Positions 11,183-24,340 of a DNA stretch of 64,000 nt are shown one piece after another. Under the pieces are notes generated by a model that saw only the letters and a program-made list of their open reading frames with translations, was not told the origin of the DNA and did no database searches. This DNA is from Lama glama (lineage: Eukaryota), in NCBI GenBank assembly GCA_028534125.1, contig CM052817.1, positions 96,350,001-96,414,000 on the forward strand, given 5' to 3'. How positions within the stretch are numbered: position 1 is the stretch's first letter; each line of letters starts with the position of its first letter. Position numbers and translations under genes: made by a program.

Positions 11183-14100
11183 AAAACCAAAGTTAGCTGA
11201 AGTCCCAGTGCAGCCATCCCCTATGCCAGCTTCTCCCTGGACAGGCCTTCCCATTCCCCACCCACCACCACCCGTTTCCATTTGAGCCATTGACTCAGCC
11301 CCAGCAAGCGACTCCACTAGTCTACCTTCACCCTTTACTGGTTTTATGTGATCTCTTTGTTTCCTGGCTTTCAGCCATTAGTCATACTTGTTTAAACTGC
11401 AATTTTCATTTCGAAGTTAGAAATGATTACTTCCGAAATAAAATCATCTACTGGTCTACATTTGAACCATATCCTCTCTTACTCTTTGGTTGTAGTAAGG
11501 CTAACACATGACACCCATGGATTATGGTTAAAGAGTCAAATGAATTGATAATAATAAACTGAAGATCTACAAAGATGTGATGTCGTTAAAGGAAACAGAG
11601 ATAATCCCACACAGAGTTTTGACTGTAGGATTTCTCACTTCTCAAGAGTGAGTCTTACCTTTCTTTCATAAGCATGAAAAAACCTGGAGCTCAGGAGTGC
11701 CTCAGGCAAGTGAGTTTGAAGGTCTTCAAGACTGAACGAAAGATAATAATCAAAATCTAGGTCAAGATGCTATTTATTCTAGAGAGAATTGTTTAAGCTA
11801 ATGCTTTAAATTTAACTCAGAACACATTTTAATATATGATTCATACCATGTCTATCAGATATTCTTAATGACTGCACACATTGTAATCTCATTCGGGCTA
11901 TTTTACTTTGAGGAATTGTCTAACATCAAGTAGTACAGCCATTAAATTATCATTACAAAGCTATCAAATTTCCTTCATTGCATCTATTTCTCAAGACACA
12001 GTTATGCCATACGGGTCTGAAAGCTTTATAAAGTTCAATATACCTTTTCAGAGAGAGAATGAAAACAAAGCGTTTATGGTTTTACAAAAGGAACGGAATG
12101 GAAAAAGTGGCAAAGAAAAAAGATCTGGTCTGATGCATGACAAGGAAAGTTTACCCTTAGAGAACCAGAAGGAAGCTGCTTCAAGTTATGGTTAGCAACA
12201 GCACAGGCATGTTAAATTTTGTAATAATTGTTAAAAAAATAAGTAAAAACAATTTGTGAATTAGCCAAATTTTATAAAGTGGTGAACAGTTGGTGGGAAC
12301 AAATATAAATATTCAATGTGAATATGTTTTTATGGAAGAAATTAAGCTATGCTGCATGTGAGCTACACTTCAACAATATCATTCTAGTTTGTGGTATACA
12401 ACAAGTCAACATTTGGTATTTAAATGAATTTAAATGAACTACATGAAGTAGTTTACTCTGAAAGTTTCTTTTATCTTATCAATTCATTTGCATAGTTGGT
12501 CATGAACACTGGTTCTGCGTGATGACACATAAAGCACAGCATGAATGAAATTAGGATAAAGTCAAAGTGAGTCCCAAAAGACTTAGACACAGCAGTCCTG
12601 CTAAAATCCAGAGAATAAGAAAACAGAGCAAGATTGGACTCTCTGGCTAAAGGCTTCACATAGCAGTAGGACTATTTGGAAGAAAAAAATAAAGTGTTAA
12701 AAGAGGTAGAAATAGTTTGAGTTCTGTTAGAATAAGACTTAGCATTTGCATAACCAGAAGTCTAGAGATGCTAAGGAGATGGATTTCATAGCAGGTGTGG
12801 GGGTGGGTGCTGAACTGTAGGATGAGAGAGTTACTCACACATCCAGCACTGAGGATGGAAAAGGAGGCCACTTCTGATTAGTAGCTGAGAACGAGGAGAG
12901 TGAGCCATGGCAATAGGGTCTGTAGGTTAGACCATGCAACGGAGCAAAGGACTAACAAGAGAAAGGCCAGATTTCTTACTGTGCTTTATGACCAAAACAT
13001 TACACCAAATTTCCATAAATTGATGATTTTTTTCATAAAATGATGACTGATGGCCACAAGGAGGTTAGATAGGTGTAAAATTCTTAGTTACAAATAAACT
13101 TCCATAACTGCCAGTGGCTCAATGGAACTTTTCTAGGCATATGGTGATTATCCAGCCCAAATTACAACTGAGGAAATTGTGGACTAAAGGATGACATGAG
13201 CATCCAGCTAAAGGTTAAGGCAGAACACAGGCCATCCAGCTCTTCCAAGGTCAAGTGTCTCTCCAACACTCTCCAAGAAGGACATGTGATCTCTCCTTCA
13301 GGGACAGGATGGCTTATTGAAATTTACAAGAAAGCCCTGAACTGCCCTTTCAGCCAACATGTCAAACTTTCCCCCAAGCTAAATCAGAGTAAATCAGAGA
13401 GAAATAATAGAACATAGTTGATTTGCATTTTATCTTCTTTTATTTTCTGTTTTACTTCTCACAGGGCTGTTAACAAGCAGTGAAACGCCCAAATGTCAGA
13501 AAAGGAGGGAAAGCAAAGGATACAGAAAACTCACAAAGTGACTAATCAGCCCCAGTGTGACAGGGCGTTAACACCAACATATTTATTTGGTGCAGATCAA
13601 AAATCTTCATTACATTTTCAAATCTCAAAGAACCCAAATGAATCTGGACCTGGAAGAACAATTCCTTTGGAATATAATGACTTGCCAGCTTCCCCCAGAA
13701 CCGACTGACACTTATCAAATGAAACCGAGGCACTAGCTCCTCTGATCCCAAAGGGTGTGGTTATAACTGAACATAAAAAACGATCTTCTGCTGGATCGTT
13801 CCCCTGCATGATTCCATCCGCGTTCCCATCTCCTGCACTGGACAAGTGTAGGCAACAGATGATCTTCAGACTGGGGAGAGGAAGCGCGAGGTGTTCTTTC
13901 CCGATTCCACGCACATATGCACACACACACACGCCCGAGTGATCAGCCAGCTCCCTTCTGAAGAGCTGTCATTCCACCCACACCAATATATACAAATACC
14001 AAAGGGCCAAAGTCCTGGAGAGTGCTTTCCCGAGGTTATCCCCACTGCCTTTCCTGGGCTCACTTCCCCTCCTCCATGGTACCGCTGAGCTCATCTTCCT

Positions 14101-14789
14101 AGACTCTTTTGTCTCAGCCCCCAAATCAGATAATCTCCATCCCTTGGTCTTTAAAGCCATTTTCTCCCATCCTTCCAAGCAACTGCCCACTGCTGTGGCC
14201 CAGCCTCTACTGGGAGTTTCAGTTATTTCCTCCTGGCTTGTGTCCCTGCTAGCAAGGACAAAGAGGATTTCTCTAATTCTGAGAGTCATGGATAGAGGGA
14301 GAGAGAAAAAGGACAAGACTTCCGAAAAGGTCTGGCCCGAAGGTGAACTATCTAACAAAACCAGCCCCATCTCCTCAACGGTGCCTCTTCTGGTGGCTCA
14401 TCTCCTGTATCTGAGTATCTATCCCCTTCCTGCTCTTTTAGGTGCAGATTCTAGAAAGTGTGAGCAGAATGTAAGTCAAAAATCTATAATGTCCCAAAAC
14501 AATCCATTTCTGGTTGCTGCCGCATGAGCTGACACTTTCTTTGTTACAAAGCTCACTATACCAACCTGTTAGGATACTGCTGAGTAACTTGTTAGCAACT
14601 TCATCGGCAGAAAGAGAGAAAGATACTGGATTTAATTTATGCAGCAATGTTGTGCTGTGTGAAATATCTTATTCAGACCCCTCAGGAACATGAGCACAAG
14701 GTCAAAGACCCACTGTGTGTCTCAGACCTGTCCCAAAGGCTCCTGAGGGGAAGGGATGAGAAGAGGGGCTGACACTTGGTCCAACACCA

Positions 14790-15117
14790 GTTTGGATATG
14801 GCTGTGAAGGTATTTTTAGATGAGATTAACATTTAAATCAGTAACCTTTGAGTAGCGCAGATAAATGAAAAACTGAAGTCCCTGGAGGAAGAATGAATTC
14901 TGCCTCCAGACTGCCTTGGACTTGCGTTGCAATACCAGCTCTTCCCTGGGTTTTCAGCCTGCTGGCCTGATCTGCAGAATTTGGACTTGCCAGCTCCCAT
15001 GATTTGCAGGATCCAGTTCCTTAAAATAAATCTCTGTCTCTGTCTCTTTCTCTTTAAACACACACACACACGCACATCCTATGGGTGTTGTTTCTCTGGA
15101 GAACCCTGACTAGGACA
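14790..15117 (+). mobile_element. MLT2-family (ERVL) LTR, partial
   Basis: 'gtatttttagatgagattaacatttaaatcagt', 'ggacttgccagctccc...ttccttaaaataaatctct' and the terminus 'tctctggagaaccctgactaggaca'. Confidence 0.85.
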
Positions 15118-18100
15118 CAGGTTCTCAGCTCCGGCCAGGGACGTGTCTCCCTTGCTTTCATTAAGACGCCTGCTAAAATTCTAGTGCAGGCCATGTTCAT
15201 GTTTCTTATAAGCTGTATGAATATAAGCTTCTCTTATTAATTGCTGTTGATTAGCCAAAAGGCAAATATTTAATTAAACCTTGAGAGATAATAAAATTGC
15301 ACATGAATTATCTATCTAAGAGTGCATAGGTCTGTGCATTTCATTATGATGATTTAACTAACAATCATGTCTCTTATATCCAGCCTTTCTTTAAGCAAGT
15401 TGATTGCTTTCTGTTCTGTTTTGTTGTTTTCTCTAAAATTCACCAGAGGGACGCTGTTATTTTTTCTAAAGTCATTTGTTGGTTGATTTGTACTTACTTG
15501 TCTTCTCTTCCATGTCCCATTAGAAGTACTGCTGGTCACAGCACAGAAGAACATTTTTGTTTAGTTATCCTTGAAAACGTATACTCAAGAGTAATTATTG
15601 ACCAGATTGAGTGACAGGGAAGACTCTTAAGAGAAAAAAATGTAGCTGGAAAGTGAACAAAACTGTTTTTTATTTGCTTTTATTGCCTAGGGATTTTCTC
15701 AGGGCTGCTGTTCTGTGAATCTCCACAGGACAAGTGGGTCACTCTGGTATTGGCTGAGTGGGTTTTGAATGTTCACTTTAAGTACAGACAGAGATTTCTA
15801 TTTGGCTACTTAAAGAAACAGCAAACATCTAAACATCACTAGTGTGCCTGCTCAGGACTGAACAGAAGTGGCTGCAAGGTCTTCAATACGGACCTCTGGA
15901 GGTTTTTCCTAAAGAGAATGAGGCAGGTGGCTTCCCCGGGCTATTGCCAAGGCTGGACCACCAACCACAGGAGCCGAAATTTGTGAAAAAGAAAACTAAC
16001 ACTTCCGCTTCTAGAACTACTGAAATTATGCTTTTCTCAGCTTGGTTTGTTTGTTTGTTTGTTTTACATTACCTGTCCTTTCATTTATGATGGTGACAGT
16101 TCATAGTCCGGTATCGATGTATTTTTTAACGGCCTCATTTTGCAATAAAAAGTTCACAGCTCTATATTTATTCTGCTCATTCTTTTAAAGAATATTTTGA
16201 AATTGACTGTCTTACGAAAACACCTGAGAAGTGCTGGCCGACATACAGCTTTCTTGCTCATGTTTGATGCCAGCATTTCCAAATTCTAGTCACCCCTCTG
16301 ATATCCCAAGAGTGTATGTCTATGCAATGATGTACACACTGTTGTTTGCCATCTCCGTGGTGCAGGGCGCTGCTCTCTGGGACCAGATGGCACTACTGGT
16401 GTGGCTGACACCAGATTGTTAAAGAAGACGCTCTCTTCTAATGGTGTGGAGCCAGGACAACTCAGGAAATGGCACACACATTTTCCCAGGTCATCCCTTG
16501 CTTCCCGTCTAAATGAGGCTGCTAGCAAGACCTAAACTATGTGCTATAGGTCAGCTCTAAGGATTGTTCACACAGCATGGGCCAGTGTCTGGAGCTATGC
16601 AGAGTGAGCAGAATTAAACCATTAACTCGGCTGAAAAAATACCCCACAAAGGCTCTGAGGTATTCCTCTAAGTGCGGGCATAATTCACCTTGTTCTCTCA
16701 AGCAAGGAGTTACTTTGGGTTGTGTTTCTCTAATCACACATGCTACTCTGACTGTATTAATAATAAAGAAGCCTTCTTATCTAAAGATGGTATACATATA
16801 TTTCAAATCATGTTGTGCATAGGATTCAAAGGATTACTGACATGAATAATGTTCAAGAAAAAGACCACCTAAAATTTTTCTAGCTACAAAGTTATGAATT
16901 TTATAGGTCAGTTGTTTACACTGACTAACTCGGATTTACTTTATTAATTCACATTGTATAGTTAAAATGAATAAGACAATAATTCCTTTTATTGTCAAAA
17001 TTCGAACATACTTGTGATTCATTTATTCATTTATTTGGTCCTTGTCAAGTTTCTTGTATGGGTCAGGCATTGTGCTGGATGCTGAAGACACATCACCATA
17101 AAAAGACAACACAATAAGTAATAAAAAGGGGTCAGTTCTATGTCAGAAGCAAGCTGGGGCAGCTAAGGGCTTCTATTCATGGCCAGACTGATGATTCACA
17201 AAAAGAAACCAACCCTAATTTTCAACCACTTTTTGCCCTTCTCCACACCTGCCTTGGGCACACACGCTTTCAGTGCTAAGATGATATTTTCCATTCCTTT
17301 CCTTCCTGCCTTCTCAGAAATACAGGAAGTTTGAAATCCTGAGACATGCTGACTGATTTAAACCCTGGGACTCGCTAGAGGAACAGTGATTTAATGGTAC
17401 TACTGAAACACTAGTCATTGATTTAAGACTCTTAGAGAACCCGTTGCTGAATTATCGGGTGTTGGTTTGAAAGGAAACTCAAAGCAACCACAGGAGTCAC
17501 AAATACACGATGTGGAAATAGTGGTTTAGCTGCAATCTTGGAGGAAAGACTGGGAAGAGCTGGATGCAAGACGTCGGGTGATATTAGCAGAGGGGTGGCT
17601 ACAGAGGAGCGCTGGCTCAGCACAACCCTAAGATTGCTGCTGGGACAGAGGAGCAGAGTGAGCCCAGATGAAACCTGCCAGCCGCTGAGAGCCACTCAAG
17701 TTCAATACAGAGGCTTTTATTCCTGTGTGCAGTTATTTAGACTGAAAATGGCAACGTGCAACTGTGAGGCAGATCTCATTCATGCATAATTGAAACACCC
17801 AAGGGTAAAATAGTGAGGCACAATGGATGACATCTGATAAAAAGAGAGCAAGGCAAGAGAAGAAGTTAAAAACAAGATACAAGGCCCTGGGGACCAGCAC
17901 GAAGAATACCTGACATAGGCCAAATAATCTCAAATAAAAATATCCAAATTACCAGACAATGCAAATATAAAGACAAAGGCCTGGAAGAGGCACGAGGATT
18001 GGGGAGGGGAAATATGCTCAGAATACGAAACACTCAGGGGATGAGTCACTGGTGAGCGAAACTCTTATTCTAACAAAATGCAACTACAGTAGCGTTTATG

Positions 18101-18519
18101 TAGTGTTCTCATGTACCTAGGAACTAAAAGAATTAAACCAGCACAAGATTCATTGTCTGAAGTCACATTCTAAATGACTATGCAATATATACATGTATAT
18201 GCACAGGTATGTAGGTATGTATGTACCTGTATTACCTGTATAGGTCCATACAGTTTTACATATATGTATATAAAACTACAGACCATATGTACACATGAAT
18301 GTTAAAATTTTCTTAACTTACTGGGACAGCAGTAGTGTGTGTGTACATGTGTGTATCTGTATATACGTGGCTTCCTAGCTGTGAAGGATCAATTCCATTT
18401 CAATACAGAGATTTGTAGAAAAGTCAGTATTGTGACAAGTATTTCAAGGAGAAAAGTGACTGGCTGGGTGACAGGGAACGAGTAATACAGCTGGCTTGTC
18501 CATTTTTCTTGCAAACACA

Positions 18520-18655
18520 CAGGTCATTTATTAAGTACCTATCAAGGACTAGGTGTTCTGGACTATTCCATTTAAACCACAAGAATTTCCTACGAGGCAT
18601 TATCATTGTCATTTTAGGATGGAGATTCTGAGGCTCAGAGAAATTAAGTTACATA
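18520..18655 (-). mobile_element. MIR SINE fragment
   Basis: MIR core in antisense: 'cattttaggatggagattctgaggctcagagaaattaagtta'. Confidence 0.6.
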
Positions 18656-18867
18656 AATTTGTTTGATTATCATAAACCCACACTATTCTCATTACACAGT
18701 CCTCTATTCCTTTCAAGAGATGAAAAGGGAAGGCTGCCTAGAAAAGTTCTCATGATGCAACTTTCTAGTGTCGGGCTAGAATTATTTTTACTCACTCATA
18801 CGATGTACATTTTCACTAAACAAAGTGAATATTATAAAAATAAAGCTACATTTATTTCCTTTTGTTA

Positions 18868-18874
<7 letters not shown>

Positions 18875-18902
<28 letters not shown>
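18875..18902. repeat. (GA)14 microsatellite
   Basis: Seen directly in the sequence. Confidence 0.95.
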
Positions 18903-18907
<5 letters not shown>

Positions 18908-18932
18908 CAAAGCCTTTAGGTTGCTTAAGGAT

Positions 18933-18968
18933 TCTGTATTTAGATCTGTATTTGGGTCTGTATTTAGA
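18933..18968. repeat. Three tandem copies of a 12-mer (tctgtatttaga / tctgtatttggg / tctgtatttaga)
   Basis: Seen directly in the sequence. Confidence 0.85.
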
Positions 18969-19879
18969 TCCATGACTTGCTCCTATTTTTACCCCCTGCA
19001 ATGAGAAGGAACTCTAAAGACGTGCATCCCATACCAATGGGAACACGAGCTAGTTGTAGGGAGAAAATCCATGCCAGATACCCCATTAGTTTACCATACA
19101 TGTCTTTATTACCTAAGAAAGGGGTAATGAAACATCTAACTTCATGCCAGTGAAAGGTTATTATACACTTATATACAAGGCATTGAGAATTCAAGAGCTG
19201 AAAGTCAGAGTTCCTGCCCTCTACAGACTCCAAATAAATCTGTCTGTATGTAAACATGTATATATATGTAATTGTAAATATATGTAAGGCAAGTGATAAA
19301 AGCCTTAGGGGGGGCATGAGAAATAAGTACATCAGGAACTGGAGAAGAGATAGACCACCTAAGGCTTGGCTTCATTCAGATTCCAACACACGCGCAAAAA
19401 GTTTGTATCCACACAGCAAACCTTGCTACCTCTGCTCCTTTCTGATGACTTAAAAATGACTTCCCTTTCAAGGATCAGTCTCAGATTCTGGAGGACCTAC
19501 TAAGGTACTAGAGAAAACTGGTCCCACCCTGTCACAAATATGGAAACTGAGGTTCAGAGAGGGCTAAGTAATTTATTGACAACCAAATGGACAGCTAAGT
19601 TACTTAAAAATATCTCTGAGAGTAAATATGTTACACTGAATGGCTTGAAAATAAACCTTTTAGCTGGAAACCAGGACTGGCTCTAAACCAAATGGAAAAC
19701 ATTGAACTGGGGGAATCAGGCAACCATGGTTCTAGTATGTTCAATAGTTTTTACAGCCTGGAAATACCTTGCTTAACCTCATGAGTGGTCATCTTCTCCA
19801 TCTATAAGAGGAGGGCCAGTGGATTAATGATTTCTCTGTCATTTCTAGCAATGAGATATCAGGGTTTAATAATTCTAAG

Positions 19880-19936
19880 TTAAGCTGATAAGAACAGATA
19901 TGACATTCGATCTTAGCCAAAAGGCCGAGAAATGAT
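19880..19936 (-). pseudogene. RNU2: 3'-truncated U2 snRNA pseudogene (U2 nt 1-57)
   Basis: The reverse complement ATCATTTCTCGGCCTTTTGGCTAAGATCGAATGTCATATCTGTTCTTATCAGCTTAA matches U2 nt 1-57 at 50/57 positions by manual alignment to the recalled U2 sequence. The branch-recognition GTAGTA is mutated to GTCATA and there is no Sm site. Confidence 0.93.
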
Positions 19937-20496
19937 TTACAAGAGCCAAGACATGGAAACAACCTAAATGTCCATCAACAGATGACTAGATAAAGAAGCT
20001 GTGGTATATTTATACAATGGAATACTACTCAGCCATAAAAAGAATAAAATAATGCCATTTCCAGCAACATGGATGGACCTGAAGATTATCATATTAAGTG
20101 AAGTAAGTCAGAGAAAGACAAATATCATATGATATCACTTATATATGGAATTTTTTAAAAAGATACAAATTTTATTTACAAACCAAAAATAGACTCACAG
20201 ACATAGAAAACACACTACTATGGTTACCAAATGAGAAGGGGCAGGGGAGAGAGAAATTAGGAGTTTGGGATTAACAGATACACATCACTATATATAAAAT
20301 AGATAAAACAACAAGGATCTACAGTATAGCACAGGGAACTATATTCAATTTCTTATAATAACCTAGAATGGAAAAGAATCTTAAAAAGAATATATATATG
20401 TATGTAAATGTATAATTGAATCGCTTTGCTGTACACCTGAAACTAACGTTGTAAACCAACTACACTTCAATTAAAAAATGAAACCTAAAATAAAAA
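19937..20496 (+). mobile_element. 5'-truncated L1 (ORF2 end, 3'UTR, A-rich tail) fused to the inverted U2 fragment
   Basis: 'acatggaaacaacctaaatgtccatcaacagatga...aatggaatactactcagccataaaaagaat' is the L1 ORF2 end. TSD aattctaagttaa (19871-19883) / aattctaaattaa (20497-20509) encloses both the U2 and L1 parts. Confidence 0.93.
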
Positions 20497-22126
20497 AATT
20501 CTAAATTAATATTCAGCATTGGCCTCTTTCTAACCTTACGATCTTACAATCTTCCTTGCCTTATCTCAACGAGGCACAACTTTCTTTCACTTTTCTCAGA
20601 CTGCCAACTCCTGCCACCCATCCTCACGTATCCCCATCAAGCTTGGAGTACATAGGTAGGAAGAAGACTTGAGTCCTGGAGCACGCGTCTCTGCTCTCAG
20701 TGTTCTTCTGTCCATCAGCCACATGGACACAATCGGCCAGCCCTAGCCTTGTACTTCTTCAATAAGAGTAACATCATTTAATCTATAAATATGCACGTAT
20801 AAGCTACAAGAGGAACAAAATGCTAACTCGAGAGAAATAGATGTTTCTAAATATGCTCCTTTCCATTACTAACTAATATTTGCCACAGACATGAAGGATA
20901 CATGCAAAGCACTGTATCATTGGTTTAAAAAGGCAATTTGGCTTCCACGATGTTCATCCAAGTGCTCCAATTAGTTTAGTGCTTTCATAATTATGTATAA
21001 TTCAGTTTGCATTGATGCATGAAATGTTTATTTCCCTAATTGTAACAAGCACTTAAATTAATTACACTCTAACCTCTTGATTCTATGGGCCAACTGTTGA
21101 GTCTTTTTGTTAATATTTTAAAGTCATGTCTTTTTATTTTTGAATTCCTCCCCCCTCCCCTCACTTCTTTGATGTGTTGTTTCTTACCCTTGTTTGGAAA
21201 TCTCTACGGAATCTTCTCAGAATAATCTTGCCGTTTTCTTTTATGGCTGAAACTTTGCATTTTAACAGTTGTCTGGAGATAGTTTCTTCCTTGTGAAATA
21301 TCAGTTTTAATAACAGGGAAAGAAAAATGCCATAAATCCGCACTAACCGCATAAAGCTGAAGTCTCTGAGAGACTGATTAACATGGAGGCGCTACACAGG
21401 TTTTTCAGTAATTAGAGGATGTGTCTGCACGGAGCCAGGACAGCTCCGGCCTTGAAGCCATTTCCCAGGGCAGCCAGCAATTATTACAGCCTGGAGTACC
21501 TTTCTTATAGTCTATGCCTCTAGCTATGAAAGCTGTTTTCAAATAAAGGTCTCTTAATTTCACAAAAAGTTAACATCATGTTGGACGCACAACACTTTTC
21601 TGCTAACACCTTTGCTGCTCCGTTGGAAGAGAGCCCTCAGAGAGAAGGCAATTAGAAATCCCTAATTTGTTGTTCATCCACCCATAAAAGGTTAAGAATA
21701 TTCTGGTCTCTGATTACATGAACCGAGCAGAGGGCAGATCTGGGCTCCCGCAGTGCCCTAGCTAACTGCTTACTCTATCTGCAAATGCTGCTGAAAAATC
21801 CTCTTCAGAGCACAGGAGTGAGTTCGCAGTTTTCTTGTGGGTTTGAGAATTTTTTTTGTCTCAGTGAATTATAGATAGCAAATAGAGTGTAGAAAGGATT
21901 GTCATTTTTCCTTTTGGTACAGTGCTCAGTATACTCTCAGCATGCAATAAACGCTCAGTGTTAGCCCCGCTGATTTTAGAGGAAAAAAATTCATATAATA
22001 GTTCATCACCGGTAGCCACAAAGCTCTACTTCCTGATTCACAATTGCTTGTATGGTCTGGATGTAATACAGCATTAGGAACAATTATGAATAAGTAGCTC
22101 ACTTCAATATATTACTTTTTTTTTCC

Positions 22127-22640
22127 AAGAATGAAATAATGCCATATGCAGCAACTTGGATGGACCTAGAGATTTTCATACTAAGTGAAGTAAGTCAGAG
22201 AAAGACAAATACCGTATGATATCACTTATATCTAGAATCCAAAAAAAATGACACAAATGAAGTTATTTACAAAACAGAAACATATTCACATACATAGGAA
22301 ACAATCTTACGGTTACCAGAGGAGAAATGGGGATGTGGAAGAATAGGCGTTTGGGATTTGCAGATACAAACTAATAGATAGATACATAGATACATAGATA
22401 GATAGGTAGGTAGATAATAGATAAACAAGGCCCTACTGTGTAGCACAGGGAACTATATTCAATATCTTGTAATAACCTCTAATGAAAAAGAATATGAAAA
22501 AGAATGGATTTATATATACATATATATCTGAATCATATACAGATATATATACATATATATAACTGAATCAGTATGCTGTACACCAGAAACTAACAAAACA
22601 TTGTAAATCAACTATTCTTCAATAAAAAATATATATAGAT
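22127..22640 (+). mobile_element. 5'-truncated L1 3' end with internal (TAGA)n-like and (TA)n-like tracts
   Basis: Colinear with the L1 at 19937-20496. Flanked by attactttttt at 22111 and 22647 (probable TSD). Confidence 0.9.
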
Positions 22641-23452
22641 ATATAGATTACTTTTTTCAATGAGTGCTGATGAAACATTAACTCCACGATAAACTTGCCG
22701 AAACGTAAGTCATCTGCCTGGTGAGCTTTCTATTAAATAAGCAACATGTACTATAAATGACAAGAGAAAATATATCTCATCAGTCAAGGCGATTGACTTG
22801 GCATTGAGTTATCCTTCACCTATTCTTTCTATTCTGCCAATTCAACCATTTAATTTAGCCAAATGAGTAAACTGAGTCCTGAACAAAAGTCTCTTTAACC
22901 TGGAGTAGTCTAGTGGTGGGTTTTAATGAAGAAAAGGAAAGGCAAAGAAAGGAGCTGAAAGAAGAAAGCTGAGAAAGGTGAGCAAACCCAAATGTTGCCA
23001 GCTCTCTGGCAGTGCAGCTGAGAAATTCGGAGATGAAGTCCTAAAGCTGAGAAAGTTGACCAGATCCGTGTCTCCTTCCCATGGGAGATATAGCATATAG
23101 GATCTCTGGTCAATTGAATACAGTGCATCCTGGGAGATGGTGCCCCACATTTCACAGTGTTTCCATCAAGCAGGTGCTTCAGTTGTACTTTTATAAGGCT
23201 ACTCCAGCATCATATAAGACCAGCTGCCCTGGGTGGTTTAATAGGTAATACGAAGCCCTGGACAGAAAAGGCAAACTCAAACCTAGATTAGGTATTTATT
23301 CCTGTGAAATTCTGGCTCTTCCAGGATGGAAGATTCCAGTATTTATCTTCCAGGATTTATCTTTGGTCTTTGGATTTCAGATGTCTAGTAAGAGCTCAGA
23401 CAACTGGCTTTTCAATTTGGCTGCACACTGGACTCTCCTGGGTAGTTCAGAA

Positions 23453-23952
23453 NNNNNNNNNNNNNNNNNNNNNNNNNNNNNNNNNNNNNNNNNNNNNNNN
23501 NNNNNNNNNNNNNNNNNNNNNNNNNNNNNNNNNNNNNNNNNNNNNNNNNNNNNNNNNNNNNNNNNNNNNNNNNNNNNNNNNNNNNNNNNNNNNNNNNNNN
23601 NNNNNNNNNNNNNNNNNNNNNNNNNNNNNNNNNNNNNNNNNNNNNNNNNNNNNNNNNNNNNNNNNNNNNNNNNNNNNNNNNNNNNNNNNNNNNNNNNNNN
23701 NNNNNNNNNNNNNNNNNNNNNNNNNNNNNNNNNNNNNNNNNNNNNNNNNNNNNNNNNNNNNNNNNNNNNNNNNNNNNNNNNNNNNNNNNNNNNNNNNNNN
23801 NNNNNNNNNNNNNNNNNNNNNNNNNNNNNNNNNNNNNNNNNNNNNNNNNNNNNNNNNNNNNNNNNNNNNNNNNNNNNNNNNNNNNNNNNNNNNNNNNNNN
23901 NNNNNNNNNNNNNNNNNNNNNNNNNNNNNNNNNNNNNNNNNNNNNNNNNNNN
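23453..23952. other. Assembly gap (500 N)
   Basis: Run of N. A MER5-like start near 23400 is cut off by the gap. Confidence 1.
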
Positions 23953-23959
23953 AGAATTA

Positions 23960-24340
23960 GAATCTTGAGATAGTTAGGAGGTAAAATTAATCACTTGGTG
24001 ATGAATCAACCTTAAAGAGAGAAAGGTATAAAAAATGATAGTGAAATAGTTGGGTAGATACTTGTGCCCTTAGCTGAGCTAGGGACAGGTAAAGGAACAG
24101 ACTAAGAATTGGGATGGGGGAAGAAGAAAGAACAAGAGACTTGTAGACACGTTCACTCTGGGCTAGTGAGTAACATCCAGGTTGTTATTACCTGGAACTC
24201 ACGACATGCAGGCAGGGCCAGAGAAACCAACTGGCAAGTCAGTGAGAGCTTGGGTGTAGAATGCTTTGCCCATGAGATGATTTCAGATTGTTTGCCATGA
24301 TTTAAGATGATTTAAGGAAAGGGCTAAGAAAAGGTGTGGT
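23960..24340 (-). mobile_element. Degenerate LINE-2 fragment
   Basis: 'ggaggtaaaattaatcacttggtgatgaat', 'acatccaggt' and 'gcccatgagatg' resemble antisense L2. Boundaries are approximate. Confidence 0.5.

Noticed and set aside
19880..19936. Functional U2 snRNA gene
   Set aside because: Only the first 57 nt are present, the branch-pairing sequence is mutated, the Sm site is absent, and it sits inside a retrotransposition TSD.
23304..23968. 218-aa and 201-aa ORFs
   Set aside because: Artefacts of translating through the 500-N gap.
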